A model generated the notes under the pieces. It saw only the letters and a program-made list of their open reading frames with translations, did no database searches and was not told the origin of the DNA. 64,000 bases of DNA from assembly GCF_963921235.1 (NCBI RefSeq), contig NC_086097.1:152026001-152090000 (forward strand), written 5' to 3'. Shown one piece after another: positions 1 through 13,330 of the stretch. Source of the stretch: Mobula hypostoma. Lineage: Eukaryota. A program made the translations under genes and the position numbers. Positions within the stretch are counted from its first letter, which is position 1. Each line of letters starts with the position of its first letter.

Positions 1-1093
1 GGCACTTTATTCAATAAAAGATTAAGTTTTAAAGTAGTAGTTCTGAGATTAAAGAGGTGAGGCTTTAGTGCAGAGGTTAGTAAAAACAGGTAAGGTTTCA
101 TTTTTTACTACTCATCCTTCTTACTTAATTTGGTGGTAGTTAGGACACTTTCTGCAAGGTGTGGGAGTTCAGGGAAACTTTTGGAAGTGCAGTCAGCTAT
201 AGCTCCTGACAGCCCAGGTTAAGGAGCTGGAAGTGGATGTACTCAGGACCAATGGGGAGGCTAAGCACCTCAAAAATGAGACCTTCACTGAGGTACTCAC
301 ATAGGAGGTACAGACTTCAAATTGAGGGTGAACACCAGGGAAAGAAGAATAGGTGGTCAATAGGATTCACCTATGGGCAACAGGTCTACCCATTTAGCTT
401 CTGGAAAGGGGGTGTTCTCTGAGGGAAAGGATATAGTCAGACAGGGTGATGGTGATCAGAAACTTGGTAGTGAAGGGAACATGTAGGAAATGTGGCTGTA
501 GATTAAGTGCCAGGGTTGTTGTCTCCGGGATGTTAGGGTCAGGAATCTGTGTGGCTATGGCAAAGTCTTGAGGGCGAAGATAAGCAGCCAGAAGTTGTTG
601 TATGTGCTGGCACAAATTACATCAGCACAATGAAGGGTAAGGTCTTACAGAATAACTAAGAGTTGGGTAAGAAGTTAAAAAACAAGACCTTCAGTGTAGT
701 GAACTCTGGGATTACACCTGATGCCAGGTGCTAATGAAGTCAGAGATAGGATAGACCAAATGAATTTGTGGCTGAGAATCTGGTGCAAGGAGACAGGAGC
801 TTAGGTTCTTAGGCTATTGAAGTCTCTTCTTGGGCAGAGAAGACCTGCACAAAAAGGATGAGTTGCACTGGAACCAAGAAAGACGACCGTTTTCCTTGCA
901 GCGGAAATTGCAAGTGATTTACAGGAGTGTTTAAACTTGATTGCTGGGGGAGTGGGGTGTGCTTGGAACATAAGCAAGTCATGGGATAAAGTAGTAGTTA
1001 GCAAGAGAGTCTAGTAATGAGGATAGCAGAACACAGTAAAGGCAGGGAAAGAAATGATTAGTTAAACAATTATTTTGATGCTTCATGTTTAAA
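1..1093 (+). mobile_element. CR1 LINE 5' part (decayed ORF1 with esterase-like region), continues at 3749 after the Gypsy insertion
   Basis: Recognisably similar to the CR1 ORF1 copies at 44430-45350 (+) and 39425-40250 (-); many stops and frameshifts. Confidence 0.7.
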
Positions 1094-3748
1094 TGTAGGT
1101 TTTTGCAAATAAAACAAAGTGAGGTGTTCTATTTAATGAAACCCATAACACATTTTATTGAACTCCGAAACCTAAACATAAAAGCACACTAAATATCTTT
1201 ATGTACCATGTCATCAATTCAGAAGTCTCTTAAAGAGAAATTGCAGCATAATGTCAGTGGTTGTGAATTATGTACATTTCTTCCAATTACGTTACCCTAC
1301 ACAGGTTCCCCCGGAGTTCACTAAAACTGACATTGGGAGACTGTCTGGAGCTCAGATGAGCTGGCTGGCTCAGGTCCTGTGTTCCATGGGCTAAGGAACC
1401 TCAGGTGCCCCTGGCTTGTCCAGAGGTATGTTGACATGCTCACGATCATGTTGTGATGCAGGGCCTGGCAACAGAATATTCCAAATCTTACTGGGCTGGT
1501 TTAAGGCAATCTACCAGTATACGTTCTGGTTTATCCCTCATCGATGATAGGTCTTCTCTCCCCATTCCAAAAGCGGAACGGGCCACTGTAAGGGGACTAA
1601 GGGAATGTTGGTGTGAGTCATGGCAGACAAAACCAAACAAGGGGGATTACAGAACAGGAACCCAAGAGTGTTGTACACCATGATGGGAGGTTGGAATGGT
1701 TGAGAAGGAATTGAATTTGGTGAGGAGGATGGAATGCTGTTGGGAGGCCGACCAGGTTGTGAATGAAATAACCTGGCACTTGTAATGGCTGCCCATTTAC
1801 CAACTCTGCCACGGCTGACTGCAGGCCCTTTTTTCGGAACAGTTCTGAGCCCCAGCAGGACCCATGGCAGATGATTGTGTTAACACTCCCTGGTCAAAGC
1901 AGACTTTAAGGAGTGGTGAATCCACTCCTTTATGCTATTGGACTGCAGGTGATGCACTATGGTGTGATGTTGCCTAATGCCGAGGTTCTGGGCCATCGCA
2001 GCCCAGAGGTCTGAAATCTGGGGACCGCAGTCAGAGGAAATACCAAATGGCATGCCAAACCGAGTTTAATGTCAGCCAAATGCAGGCCCGTGACTGCTGT
2101 TTGGTAAGCCTGGACCTCTGGGTCAGTAATTTGGTCTGCTGTCGTGCCGGCATAGTCAACCCATATGTGCACGGCCTCAGTGGCTGACCGTGAGAGGAAA
2201 TTGGCCCTTGTATATTGCATATCAGATATGAACCTGGATATGTAGGCCAGGTGGTGTTACTGCCATATGGACCAAGGGTGTGATAATTTGGGCATCGCGT
2301 GAATGAGGGATTTATGGTCAATGAAAGCTGTGAAATGGTGACTGTCTAGAAGAAAACAATGGTGGACAAACGGATAGAAACTGAGAAGCTTTCTGCCAAA
2401 AGAGCTGTACTTCCCTTAAGGGGGGTGGAGATGCCGGCTGAAGAAGGTGAGCGGCTGCCACATGCCTTCAACTAGCTGTTCATGCACAGCGCCCGCAGCA
2501 AAGTCTGAGATATCAGTTGTAGTGGCTATGGGTGCACTGGGGAGCGGGGGCACCAGTAGGGTTGCATTAGAAACCTCTTGTTTGATATCATCAAATGACC
2601 AGTCAAGCACTTGATAAGGGGTATTGCCTTTAAGTGTACTATATAAAGGAAGTACACTTTGTTGGCGCGTGGCCAAGTGGTTAAGGCGTTCGTCTAGTGA
2701 TCTGAAAGGTCACTAGTTCGAGCCTTGGCTGAGGCAGCGTGTTGTGTCCTTGAGCAAGGCACTTAACCACACATTGCTCTGCGACGACACCGATGCCAAG
2801 CTGTATGGGTCCTAATGCCTTTCCCTTGGACAACATTGGTGGCGTGGAGAGGGGAGACTTACAGCATGGGCAACTTCCAGTCTTCCATACAACCTTGCCC
2901 AGGCCTGCGCCCTGGAAACCTTCCAAGGCGCAAATCCCTGGTCTCACGAAACTAATGGATGCCTATATACAAAGGAAGCATGTTCAGCAGCTTGCAGAAT
3001 GAAGTGGTGACAGAAATTTACCAGACCTAAAGACTCCATAATTTTTTTGTAGTGCAGAGCGGTGGGAAATCCATAATAACAGTTACTTTTGATGCGATGG
3101 TTTTGCACCTTCTGTGGAAATGCGATGGCTGAGAAAATCAATAGTTGACAATGCAAACTGGCAGTTAACAGGGTTATTGGGCTTATTGAAGTACAGAAAG
3201 GAGGAGGACTGATGAACTGCTGCCTAGCTGAGTAGACTGTCAGCCATTTTAGCCAGCTCCCTATAGTCCTTCACAGGTGAGGGTTATGAAAACTTAATCA
3301 GGCATTTGCTGCTTGAAGAGCTCTTTAAAAATAAAACAGAGATGGTTATTTCCCTGGAAAGACAGCATGTGGCCCATTTGCTCTGAAGGCTTAGTATCAC
3401 CAGGAAAGGAGAACACCTGTTTGGCACGCTCAGACTCCAATAGTCTGTAAAAGGTGAGTTTTCAGTGATCAGTACTTAATTGTGTTCAGGAGGGTGTCTA
3501 AGTAGACTCACCACTTTTACAGCCGTGGAATTACTGAGTGATGATACCATATAGTAGAACTTGGTGACGGTGGTGCTTTCTCGCAGAGCGAACTGGGTCT
3601 CGGATTATACGAACCAAGTGATGGCATTTTGCTTCCAAAGCTTCAGCACTTTCAATCAAGTCAGACCAGCCTCTTGAAGTGAACCCCAACTCAATGTCAG
3701 TAGTTGTGAGTTATTGTATGTACATTTCTTCCAACAGATTACCCTACA
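1094..3748 (-). mobile_element. Internally deleted Gypsy LTR retrotransposon
   Basis: Direct repeats ending ...gtacatttcttccaa...ttaccctaca at about 1250-1301 and 3693-3748; purine tract next to the left LTR; minus-strand RNase H remnant (TTDISDFAAGAVHEQ..WQPLTFFSR, 2416-2676) and gag remnant near 3400-3660; flanks taaa/taac resemble a 4-bp TSD. Confidence 0.8.
2663..2969 (+). mobile_element. tRNA-derived SINE with CORE-like centre and RTE-like tail, inserted in the Gypsy pol
   Basis: A box TGGCCAAGTGG (2670-2680), B box GTTCGAGCC (2716-2724), CORE-like tgtccttgagcaaggcacttaacc; interrupts the pol remnant. Confidence 0.75.
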
Positions 3749-4850
3749 TAACAAGTATAGTGTATTAACTCAGCATTGATTGGCACTGCAGACTGGGATA
3801 TTATAAGCCATAATAGAAACATAACTAAGGGAAGGGCAGGGCAGGACAGGACTGGCAGTTTAATATTCCAAGATGTAGATGCTACAAGAAAAGGGTACAA
3901 CTAAGCAAAGAAGTGGTGTTCCATCTTGAGGGAGGATGTACCAGCAATACTTAAAGAAGACATTCCTGGGAGTCGTCCAGTGAGACCATATGAGTAGAAC
4001 TTGGAAACATGGTGGCAAAGGTCGCTATAGCTGGACTGTATTATATTATAGAATGGAGGCTGGTGAATAGTGGTGTGTCACGGGAGTTGGTATTGGAACC
4101 CACTTTCTATGAAAGTAACTTGGATACAAATGCACAAAGCTCGATTAGCTATTATAGATTATAAGGATATCTTGATCAGTTGAGAAGTGGCAAATTGATT
4201 TCAAGGTAGAAGTGAGGGTATACTTTTTGAAAAGTCTAACCAGTGTAGAACTTGTACTATGCATGGTTGATTACCAGGAGTGTAATGACATCCAGGGATA
4301 CAAGTGCATAGTTCATTGAAAGCAGTGTCAAAGGTAGACAGGGTGGTGAAAGAGGCATTTAGTATGCTTGCCTTCAGTCAGGGCACTGAGTAGGAGTTGG
4401 TGCAAATATTGCATTTGTATAAGTCATTAGGTGGCTGTACTAGGAGTACTGTGTACAGTTTTGGTCACCCTATTATTGGAAAGATGTGGCTAAACGGAAA
4501 AGAGTCATGAAAAATTGCAAGGATGTTGCCAGAACCAGAAACCTTTAGTTAGAGGTTGTCCTGGCTTGGTCTTCATTTATTTGGAACATGGGAAAATGAA
4601 GATGGCTTTAGAGAGATGTTTAAAAGATTGAGATATAGATAAGTGAGCAACAAAGATCTGTTCCCCAGGGTAGTGGAGTCCAAAATTAGGGAGCATAGAC
4701 TTGAGTGAAGGGAAGGATTTAAAAGAGACTTGAGGGGCAACATTTTAGAGAGTATGTGGTTCAAGCTGCTAGAGGAAGTGGTTGATGCAGGTATAGTATC
4801 CAGGTTAGGTACATATAGAATGGGATTTAGAGGGATATGTTCAGAACACG
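3749..4850 (+). mobile_element. Old CR1 ORF2 remnants (endonuclease to 3' end, heavily deleted)
   Basis: Degenerate matches to CR1 motifs such as gagtactgtgtacagttttggtcacc (EYCVQFWSP). Confidence 0.75.
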
Positions 4851-4862
4851 AGAGATTGTTTC

Positions 4863-6337
4863 AAAGCAAACATGAGGAATTCTGCAGATGCTGGAAATTC
4901 AAGCAACACACGCGTGGTAGGTCATGTTTGACCAATCTATTGGAGTTTTTCGAGGAGGTTACCAGGAAAGTGGATGAAGGGAAGGCAGTGGATATTGTCT
5001 ACATGGACTTCAGTAAGGCCTTTGACAAGGTCCCGCATGGGAGGTTAGTTAGGAAAATTCAGTCGCTAGGTATACATGGAGAGGTGGTAAATTGGATCAG
5101 ACATTGGCTCAATGGAAGAAGCCAAAGAGTGGTAGTAGAGAATTGCTTCTCCGAGTGGAGGCCTGTGACTAGTGGTGTGCCACAGAGATCAGTGCTGGGT
5201 CCATTGTTATTTGTCATCTATATCAATGATCTAGATGATAATGTGGTAAATTGGATCAGCAAGTTTGCTAATGATACAAAGATTGGAGGTGTAGTAGACA
5301 GTGAGGAAGGTTTTCAGAGCCTGCAGAGGGACTAGCTGGAAAACTGGGCTGAAAAATGGCAGATGGAGTTTAATACAGACAAGTGTGAGGTATTGCACGT
5401 TGGAAGGACAAACCAACGTAGAACATACAGTGTTAATGGTAAGGCACTGAGGAGTGCAGTAGAACAGAGGGATCTGGGAATACAGATACAAAATTCCCTA
5501 AAAGTGGCGTCACAGGTAGATAAGGTCATAAAGAGAGCTTTTGGTACATTGGCCTTTATTAATCAAAGTATTGAGCATAAGAGCTGGAATGTTATGATGA
5601 GGTTGTATAAGGCATTGGTGAGGCCGAATCTGGAGTATTATGTTCAGTTTTGGTCACCAAATTACAGGAAGGGTATAAATAAGGTTGAAAGAGTGCAGAG
5701 AAGGTTTACAAGGATGTTGCCGGGACTTGAGAAACTCAGTTACAGAGAAAGGTTGAATAGGTTAGGACTTTATTCCCTGGAGCGTAGAAGAATGAGGGGA
5801 GATTTGATAGAGGTATATAAAATTATGATGAGTATAGATAGAGTGAATGCAAGCAGGCTTTTTCCACTGAGGCAAGCGGAGAAAAAAACCAGAGGACATG
5901 GGTTAAGGGTGAGGGGGGAAAAGTTTAAAGGGAACATTAGGGGGGGCTTCTTCACACAGAGAGTGGTGGGTGTATGGAATGAGCTGCCAGACGAGGTGGT
6001 AAATGTGGTTTCTTTTTTAACATTTAAGAATAAATTGGACAGATACATGGATGGGAGGTGTATGGAGGGATATGGTCCGTGTGCAGGTCAGTGGTACTAG
6101 GTAGAAAATGGTTCAGCACAGCCAAGAAGGGCCAAAAGGCCTGTTCTGTGCTATAGTTTCTATGGTTCTATGGTTCACACATCAAAGTTGCTGGTAAATG
6201 CAGCAGGCCAGGCAGCATCTCTAGGAAGAGGTACAGTCGACGTTTCAGGCTGAGACCTTTCAGGGCGAAGGGTCTCGGCCTGAAACGTTGACTGTACCTC
6301 TTCCTAGAGATGCTGCCTGGTCTGCTACGTTCACCAG
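4863..6337. mobile_element. Non-coding fold-back derivative of a Penelope-like terminal repeat, split by a CR1
   Basis: 4863-4911 plus 6176-6260 match the repeat at 38895-39015; ~70-bp inverted arms at 6191-6337; direct repeat agattgtttc at 4853-4862 and 6336-6345. Confidence 0.8.
4912..6175 (+). mobile_element. Young 5'-truncated CR1 LINE (RT and C-terminus of ORF2)
   Basis: ORFs 4730-5335 and 5363-6100 with GRSCLTNL, DFSKAFDKVPH, SGVPQ.SVLGP, KFANDTK; (tctatggt)n-like tail; TSD CACAC at 4907-4911 and 6176-6180. Confidence 0.95.
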
Positions 6338-7038
6338 ATTGTTTCTATCTCATCCATGGCAACCATGATGCCCACCCAGCTACTCTCAATCTATGATCAA
6401 ATCAGTGGATAGACAGATGAAGATATTTGGTGGTAAAGCTATAAATGGACAACTGAGCCAGTACTGAAAATAAACTTATCAACAACATACAGATTGGTCA
6501 TGCGAGGGCTAAGCTCATCAAATTAATAAACAACTCTCTCAGGGCAATGAAGAGAATGATTGACAGTCCACATTTACATGACACCTTTATGGAAAACAAC
6601 TATCATGAAAACAGATCCTCTTTGTCTGGAATAAAGAGACCAAATTTCAAGTGGAAACCCTGTGTATATGGGATGAGAACTTCAAAGTTAGATATCAAGA
6701 CAGTTTGTGTGTATGTACACTACAACTCACCTCCTAAGGACAGTTAGCAATGGGCCATTAAGTGCTGATACAGCCTGCAAAGCCCATGGATTAGTTTTAT
6801 TTAATTGCCTCATGTATATCAAAGCATACAATGAAATATGTTGGTTATGTCAGGGATTAGCCTACAAATGTTGCCATACCTCTGGCACCAATATCGCATG
6901 CCAACAACTTATTAACCTCTAACCTGTGTGTGTTTGGAATGTGGGAGAATAGTCACAGGGATAACATAAAACTACTACCAGGCAATGGTGGAATTGAATC
7001 CAGAGTAACAATGCTATGCAAACCACTATGCTACCATG

Positions 7039-7073
7039 CTACCCTCCCCCTCCCCCCTCCCCCCTCCCCCCTC
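7039..7073. repeat. (CTCCCC)n C-rich simple repeat
   Basis: Seen directly. Confidence 0.85.
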
Positions 7074-7421
7074 CATATATCCCTTGAATTATAAAAGGAG
7101 AAATGAGGTTTGAGTATAAAATGCATATTTTGCTACAGACACTATTTATATGGAGTACTGCCACAGAATATTGGCAACAACATGGAACTGATTTTTTCAT
7201 GGTCTCTGGTGATGCCAATTTCATTTGTCAGAGAGAAAAGGGCAGAAATCCTGCTCTACATGCTTTATGAAGACATGGGATTTCTGAGTCTTTTGATTCT
7301 TTTCTGAACAAAAATAGACAATGTTTGCATCAATTCCATGACAATCAGATATTATTGGAGGGTGGTGGGGAATGTTTGGTTTTACTAACAATTTCCAATG
7401 CTTTAATCAGACCAGTATCTA

Positions 7422-8989
7422 AAGAGCCTGAAAAGTATTCAGCCCCAAACTATTTTCACATGTCAGTGTCTCATTTTCTAAGCATTTTTATTTTCTACTT
7501 CAAAAAAAACTATTGAAGTAGGGTTTTTTTGAGTTAATCTAGAAAACATTGTGTATCGTGTCAAATCAAAAGAAAAATTCCAAAACCTGTCAACAGTTTA
7601 CTAACAATTAAAAACCAAAGTAGCAAGGCTGAAAAAATATTCATCCCCTTTGAAATTACTAAATTACTATATTAACATTCCTCAGGAGCAATATATTACC
7701 TTATTTGTTAGTGTTTAATATTCATCAATTTTTCTTGATGTAGAATATTAGAGAATCACCTATTTTCAATGAATTCAAAAGAATGAATACCCTCTCTTTC
7801 TGTGAGGTCTAACAGCATGGTAGATTTTCAATAGACCAAAGCAAAATGAAGTCAAAAGAGCATTCAGGACAAATCAGGGAAATGACAATGAGAAGCACAA
7901 ATCCATGGAAGGGTATAATATAATTTCAAAGGTACTGAACATACTGTACTTTGGAGCTCAGTGCAGTCCATCTAGGAAAAAAATATGAAACCACAGCCAA
8001 TCTGCCTAAGTCAAGCCGCCCCCTCTAAACTTGGTCAATGGAGAGGAAAGCCATTTGTAAGAGAGGCAACTGTGATGCTAACAGTCACTCTGCATGAGCT
8101 GCAGAAGTCAGTGGCTGCAACTGAAGGTGAACCTCATGACAATCTTGAAGGCCTTGCACAAAAAGGATATTTATGGAAGAGTGGCAAGGAAGAAGCCCTG
8201 GCAAAGAATCATATCTTTGCCTGTAAAGAGTTTGCAAAGTGTAACCTAGAAGATGCTGTAAAGAGGTGGAAGAAGGTCTTGTGGTCAGATGAGACTAAAT
8301 GGAACATATTGGCCTCAACACTAAATGTGACGTGTGGTGTAAATCAAATACTGTGCAACAGCCGGTTAACACCATCCGTACTATAAAGTATGGTGGAGGT
8401 GACATGGTAGCATAATGTTATGGGGATACTTTTCAGCAGCAGGGACTGGAAATCTAGTCAGGTTTGATGGGAAGATGAATGCTGCTACATACAGAGAGAT
8501 CCTGGATTAAAAACCTGCTAACCTCTACCAGAAACTTTAAAATGGGGAAGAAGTTTGACTTTCAGCAGGACAGTGAACCAAAGTCATGACTTTAACCGTA
8601 TCAAACGTCTCTGGAAAGACCTCAAGATTGCTGTCCACTGCTGCTCTCCAACTAACCTAGCACAGCTTGAGCAATTTTGTAAAGAGGAATGGGCAAATCT
8701 TGCTTTGTCATTTTGTGCAAAGCTATTGGAGACATCCAGGAAAAACTACTAGCTGTAATAGCTGTGAGAGGTAGTTCAACTCAGTACTAAGCAAAGGGGG
8801 AGGAATGCATTTGAACTGTTAACAATTTAGGTTTTCATGCTTTACAATTTTCTCTGTTTTGGGGGCCTACTGCGAAAAACAGCATGTGATTCACAAATAA
8901 AAATTGTGACTTAAATTGATCAAAATCCCTGTTTGTAAAATTCATTTATGTGAACAAGGGTTGGGGCTGAGTACTTTTTCAAGGCACTG
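7422..8989 (+). mobile_element. Full-length decayed Tc1-family DNA transposon
   Basis: Imperfect TIRs aagagcctgaaaagtattcagcccc and ggggctgagtactttttcaaggcactg, flanked by TA (7420-7421, 8990-8991); transposase remnants VLWSDETK, KYGGG..IMLWG, FQQD, LWKDLK at about 7846-8790, frameshifted. Confidence 0.92.
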
Positions 8990-9029
8990 TATTTCCATGG
9001 ATGGCCCATCTAGATAGTCCATAGTCACC

Positions 9030-9750
9030 TTCAAGATTGTGTCGGCGAACAACGAGACCGACGGCAACATCCTGCACACAGTTCATGAAATTACTACTTT
9101 TACCACTAATTTTTTTCAAGTATGGTTCTACCACGAAGCTGTGTGCGATTAGAATCTGTGAGTTACATTTTGATGATCTGCTTTTGAGCCAATTGTGTGC
9201 TCTAATGCTTTGCTGTGTCCGAGGGAGTTTAGTGAGGTTTGTAGCAGAGTGTGCGGCCTGTAGACAGTGCAAATCCTTGAGTACTGCAGGAGTTCGGCAC
9301 TGTCTGCCTGTTTTGACCGATCTTCCACTTCCTCTGATTGGCTGCTGCAGGATTCTTCGAAGCCACATTGCAAGGATTGATCAGCAAGGCTGTGGACTTG
9401 TTTTGGAGGGATTTTGAGTTTTAGTTGCATGTTTTCCTGGATTCTGGTTACTCTTTATTTTTGCTTTTTTTGATCGGAGAGATTGATGCGCAATGGTGCA
9501 TCTTGACAGAGAGTGGCCCTACGGTGTGGTGTTGAACTGAACTAAACTGAATACTATTGGACTCTTGGTTCAATGTTTGATATTCTATGTTGTTTACTCA
9601 CTTTTTACTGTTAGTACAATTTGTTCTTATTTTGCTCATATGATGTTTGCTCTTTTGAATGGATTCCATTGTTTTTTTTGTGGCTGCCTGCAGGAGGACA
9701 GATCTTAGAAATGTATTCTCTATACAAATTTTGATTAAAAAATGTATGTT
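9030..9750 (+). mobile_element. Probable non-autonomous retroelement with Rex1/Babar-like 3' tail
   Basis: GC-richer head, T-rich body and a 3' end resembling the Rex1 tails at 55330-55405 and 63580-63655; no RT coding. Confidence 0.5.
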
Positions 9751-11599
9751 CAATCTTGGAATTGTGTGCCAGAATAAGTTAGGTAGACAACAAAGCCCAG
9801 CCAAGTGGTTTGTTTACTTCTCCAAAGATACTGGCTCTGGACTATGTGACGATACTTGCAGGCTGCCCTCAGTGCATTCTTGGGTAAGCTTGTTGCTAAT
9901 GTAAGCAATGCCTTTCACCACAGGATAAATAAATCTGTGTCTGAATCTGAACACCTGTATGGCCAACCATAGAGGGTTACTCTACGTCAGACGGCTCATT
10001 CATCAATGCATGTTCTAGCTGACAGAGGTATGCATCAGTTTTGACTAGTCTACATAAACAACAGAGTGACCTGAATGAGTCATTCAGTCTTTTGATTCAT
10101 TCCTTCCCTCCAACCTCTGCTACAAATTCCTCAGTACAATGACTGAATCAAACCCTATTAAATTAGGTCTTAAATATCCTAGTTCATATACAATGAGGTA
10201 GTGTTACATATTTCCCAATGAGGTTTGTGCTAATAGACTTTTCTACCCAATTCTGGTGCCTCTCAGTCTCTGCGGGTGCTTGGCCTATTCCAGCAAACTA
10301 TATTTGCGTTGGGGTGGTGAGGCACATCAGGGCCATCTTCTCTTATAAAGAAATTGAGCAATATGATTCCAACGTTTACCTAGTTAATGAGTCTGGTGTA
10401 ATTGTGTGCACCACATAACCCAATCTCTGACCTGAAAGCACTAGCATTCTGATTGGTGCAATAGGAAAATGATATTTCAACATTTTTGCATTCAGATTTT
10501 AAAAAATACACAGAATACTTTAATTATTAGAATGTTTACTCAGTTTATTTTAAATTACTGCATCTTGAAATTTCAATGGACAATACTACAACTATTTACT
10601 TTTATTTATCCACAGGATTTGGAAATCAGCGGAACAGCAATTGTGTAATACCAATCTCTTAAGATGCCAACTAAAGATAATACTGTGTGGATTCCTTTGA
10701 TTTGATTAGGTGAGGGTCTAGAGTACATTTGTCTTTCAATGTGTGTTATGGACACCTCCTTTAACCTCACTGAGGTTACAATGTCAGAATGCTCAAACAT
10801 GGTTACTGATTGTTTAAATTTAACCAAATTTTTGAGCATAATTGTAATTTTCTTGAATTATTTATCATCTGTTAAATTGCCTGCCCTTTCATTTACTGCT
10901 CAGTGGTGTCATAACAGTGTTAGTTCAGTTATCTCCTGCCACATCTCAGGAAAGTAAACAAATCTTCAAAATAAAGGGCAATAGGGGTATTGATGTTTTC
11001 CTTGATTCTAATGCTTAACAAGTAGGAACTTGTATTTTTATTTGAATGAGTTTATTGTGAAACAGTGATCAAGGTGAATGTTTATACATTCAATAGCAAA
11101 GATATCTAATTGCATGCGGTTAAGAGTTTCCTTGAGGCTAATGGAATCATATAATGGCAATAATGCATAATTCTTCACTCATGTTACAGCAAGAAGAACA
11201 ATGTAAATTTATTATCAAAGTAAGCATGTTACCATATACCACCTTGAGATTCATTTTCCTGCAGCTATTCACAGGAAAACAAAGAAATACAATAGAATCA
11301 ATAATTAAGTGAGATATCAAGGCAGCTAAAGGGATGGGCATGTGTCTCTTAACCTTTACAAAAGGATTTGGCATCACATCTGCTTCAAGTTAATGCTAAG
11401 CACAAATGAATAGAAATAAACCACATTTCAAAGATATTGTAGTTTCTGGCTTAGAGTCATAAAAGCTTTCAACAGAGCAATACAGTGCAAAAACTTTCAC
11501 TGAACTTGTCCATACCAGCCAAGGTGCCAGCTAAGTTAACGTCATTTACCCATTTATTCGTTAAACTTCCTCCAGATAGTAGTTCTATTTTTATTTAAA

Positions 11600-12115
11600 A
11601 AGCATTCTCTCTGGATCCATAGCAGATTGGTAAGGCATCTGCTCTGCAAGTGACCACATGAAACTGCAGAGAGTTGTGGACAGAGCTCAGCACATCATAA
11701 GAACCAGCCTCAGCTCTTTGGACTCCATCTATACTTCTTGCTGCCTTAGTAAAGTAACCAGCATAATTAAAGATCCCATCCACCTCGGACATTCTCTCTT
11801 TTCCGTTCTTCCATTGTGCATAAGATACAAAATCCTGAGGCAGGTACCACTAGGCACAAGGACTGTTTCAATCCTGCTGTTATTAGACTCATGAACAGGC
11901 CTCTTGTATGATAAAATGGACTCTTGCCTCGTTATGACCTTGCACTTCATTGTACCTGCACAGCACTTTTTTGGGTAGTTCTTACATTTCATTGCTTTAC
12001 CCGATTCTAACTCAGTGCACTGTGTAATGGTTTGATTTGTCTAAACAGTATACAAAACAAGCTTTTTACTGCATCTTGACACATGTCGCAATAACAAACC
12101 AATAATAATACCAAT
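11600..12115 (+). mobile_element. Rex1/Babar LINE 3' fragment
   Basis: KLQRVVDRAQHII..IIKDPIHLGHSLFS (11658-11894), homologous to ORF 62809-63294. Confidence 0.85.
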
Positions 12116-12984
12116 TCTGGGCTTTTCTAAAAAGAAATATAAGGGGCATTCTTAAACCAAAGGATTCGTGTGGTTATGGTGTTATTCCCAATGGAGTCAG
12201 GGAGAGAAACCCAGGACGTAGACATACAGAAAATGAATCATTCAATATAAATCCAGATTAGGATGCCTGTTTCTTCTTATCTTTGGTTATGTATAAACAG
12301 CAGGTATGGTTGAAGCAAGTGTGTAAGTTGTTGCAATAACACATTCTACAGCATCCAGAACTGATGGATATTGAAAGTGACAAGTACAAATTGAGCTGAT
12401 TACTCAGTTCTTGATGTTTTGAGGTTATTTGAGAGAGGGGCAGTGACTTCTACAAAATGAGAACACCTCAAAATGCATTAAAACCAAGGATACACCATTA
12501 ACAATTTAATTGTAATGTGACAACATAGTTACAATTTAGGAAACATGCAGACACTTCAATACACTGGGGTGCTCTTTTATTTGGAGATAGAGCATGCAAT
12601 TGGCCTTTCCAGCTATGTTGCCAGCAACCAAGCGTTTCTATGGGCAGAGAGTTTGAATTTGTGGTGCTTGATAATTGGGTCTCTGAAAGTAATATACATT
12701 TCCTTGTACTCAAGTATTGAGCCAAGCAACACTTACATCAGAGGGCAAAGATTTCTCCAGGCTCCCCTGCAACAACACTTTGTCACTTCCAGGATAGCAA
12801 TATTTTCAATGTTTTTTTTATATTTTGAAAACTCAATTTATTCATTATATGTACACATTGAATAAAATCAATATACATCTTCCTACTTTCATTGTATCAT
12901 CAGTTTAGTACATTCATTTACAACGTGCAAATGCCACTCACCTTTCCTCCTTGAACAATACAGCTTTGAGAAGCTGTCACTCAG

Positions 12985-13330
12985 GGTCCAGTCCCGGTAG
13001 AAGGACTCGAGACTGTGCCCCTTGTCCACTTTGCTGTGGCTTTAACAGGCTTCAGGGCATTCTTGTATTGTGTCAACCAGCAGCATTTTCTTGCTGACAT
13101 TCTATAGCGGATGACCAACAAAGTTTAAACTGACCTCAGTGCATTTTCCACTCAGTTGATGATCCACCAGCAGCATGTGATATTTGTCTCAGTATTCATC
13201 CAGGAGTGACAAAGTAATCATTACAACTGGTCCTCAGCATGATTTCATTTAATTTTCCAGGCCAAGCTTCCTTCGGGTGCTTCTTGGGAATCACATTATC
13301 CCAAGTGCGACGAATGTGGAAAGGATGTCA
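12985..13330 (-). mobile_element. Decayed Tx1-like non-LTR retrotransposon 3' fragment
   Basis: Minus-strand translation TETNITCCWWIIN*VENALRS resembles Tx1-clade ORF2 C-termini as recalled; all frames interrupted. Confidence 0.6.

Noticed and set aside
2663..2735. tRNA gene
   Set aside because: It is the tRNA-like head of a ~300-bp SINE; no terminator follows a tRNA-length unit.
6458..6747. About 96 open codons on the plus strand
   Set aside because: No recognisable motif or convincing splice context; length compatible with chance.
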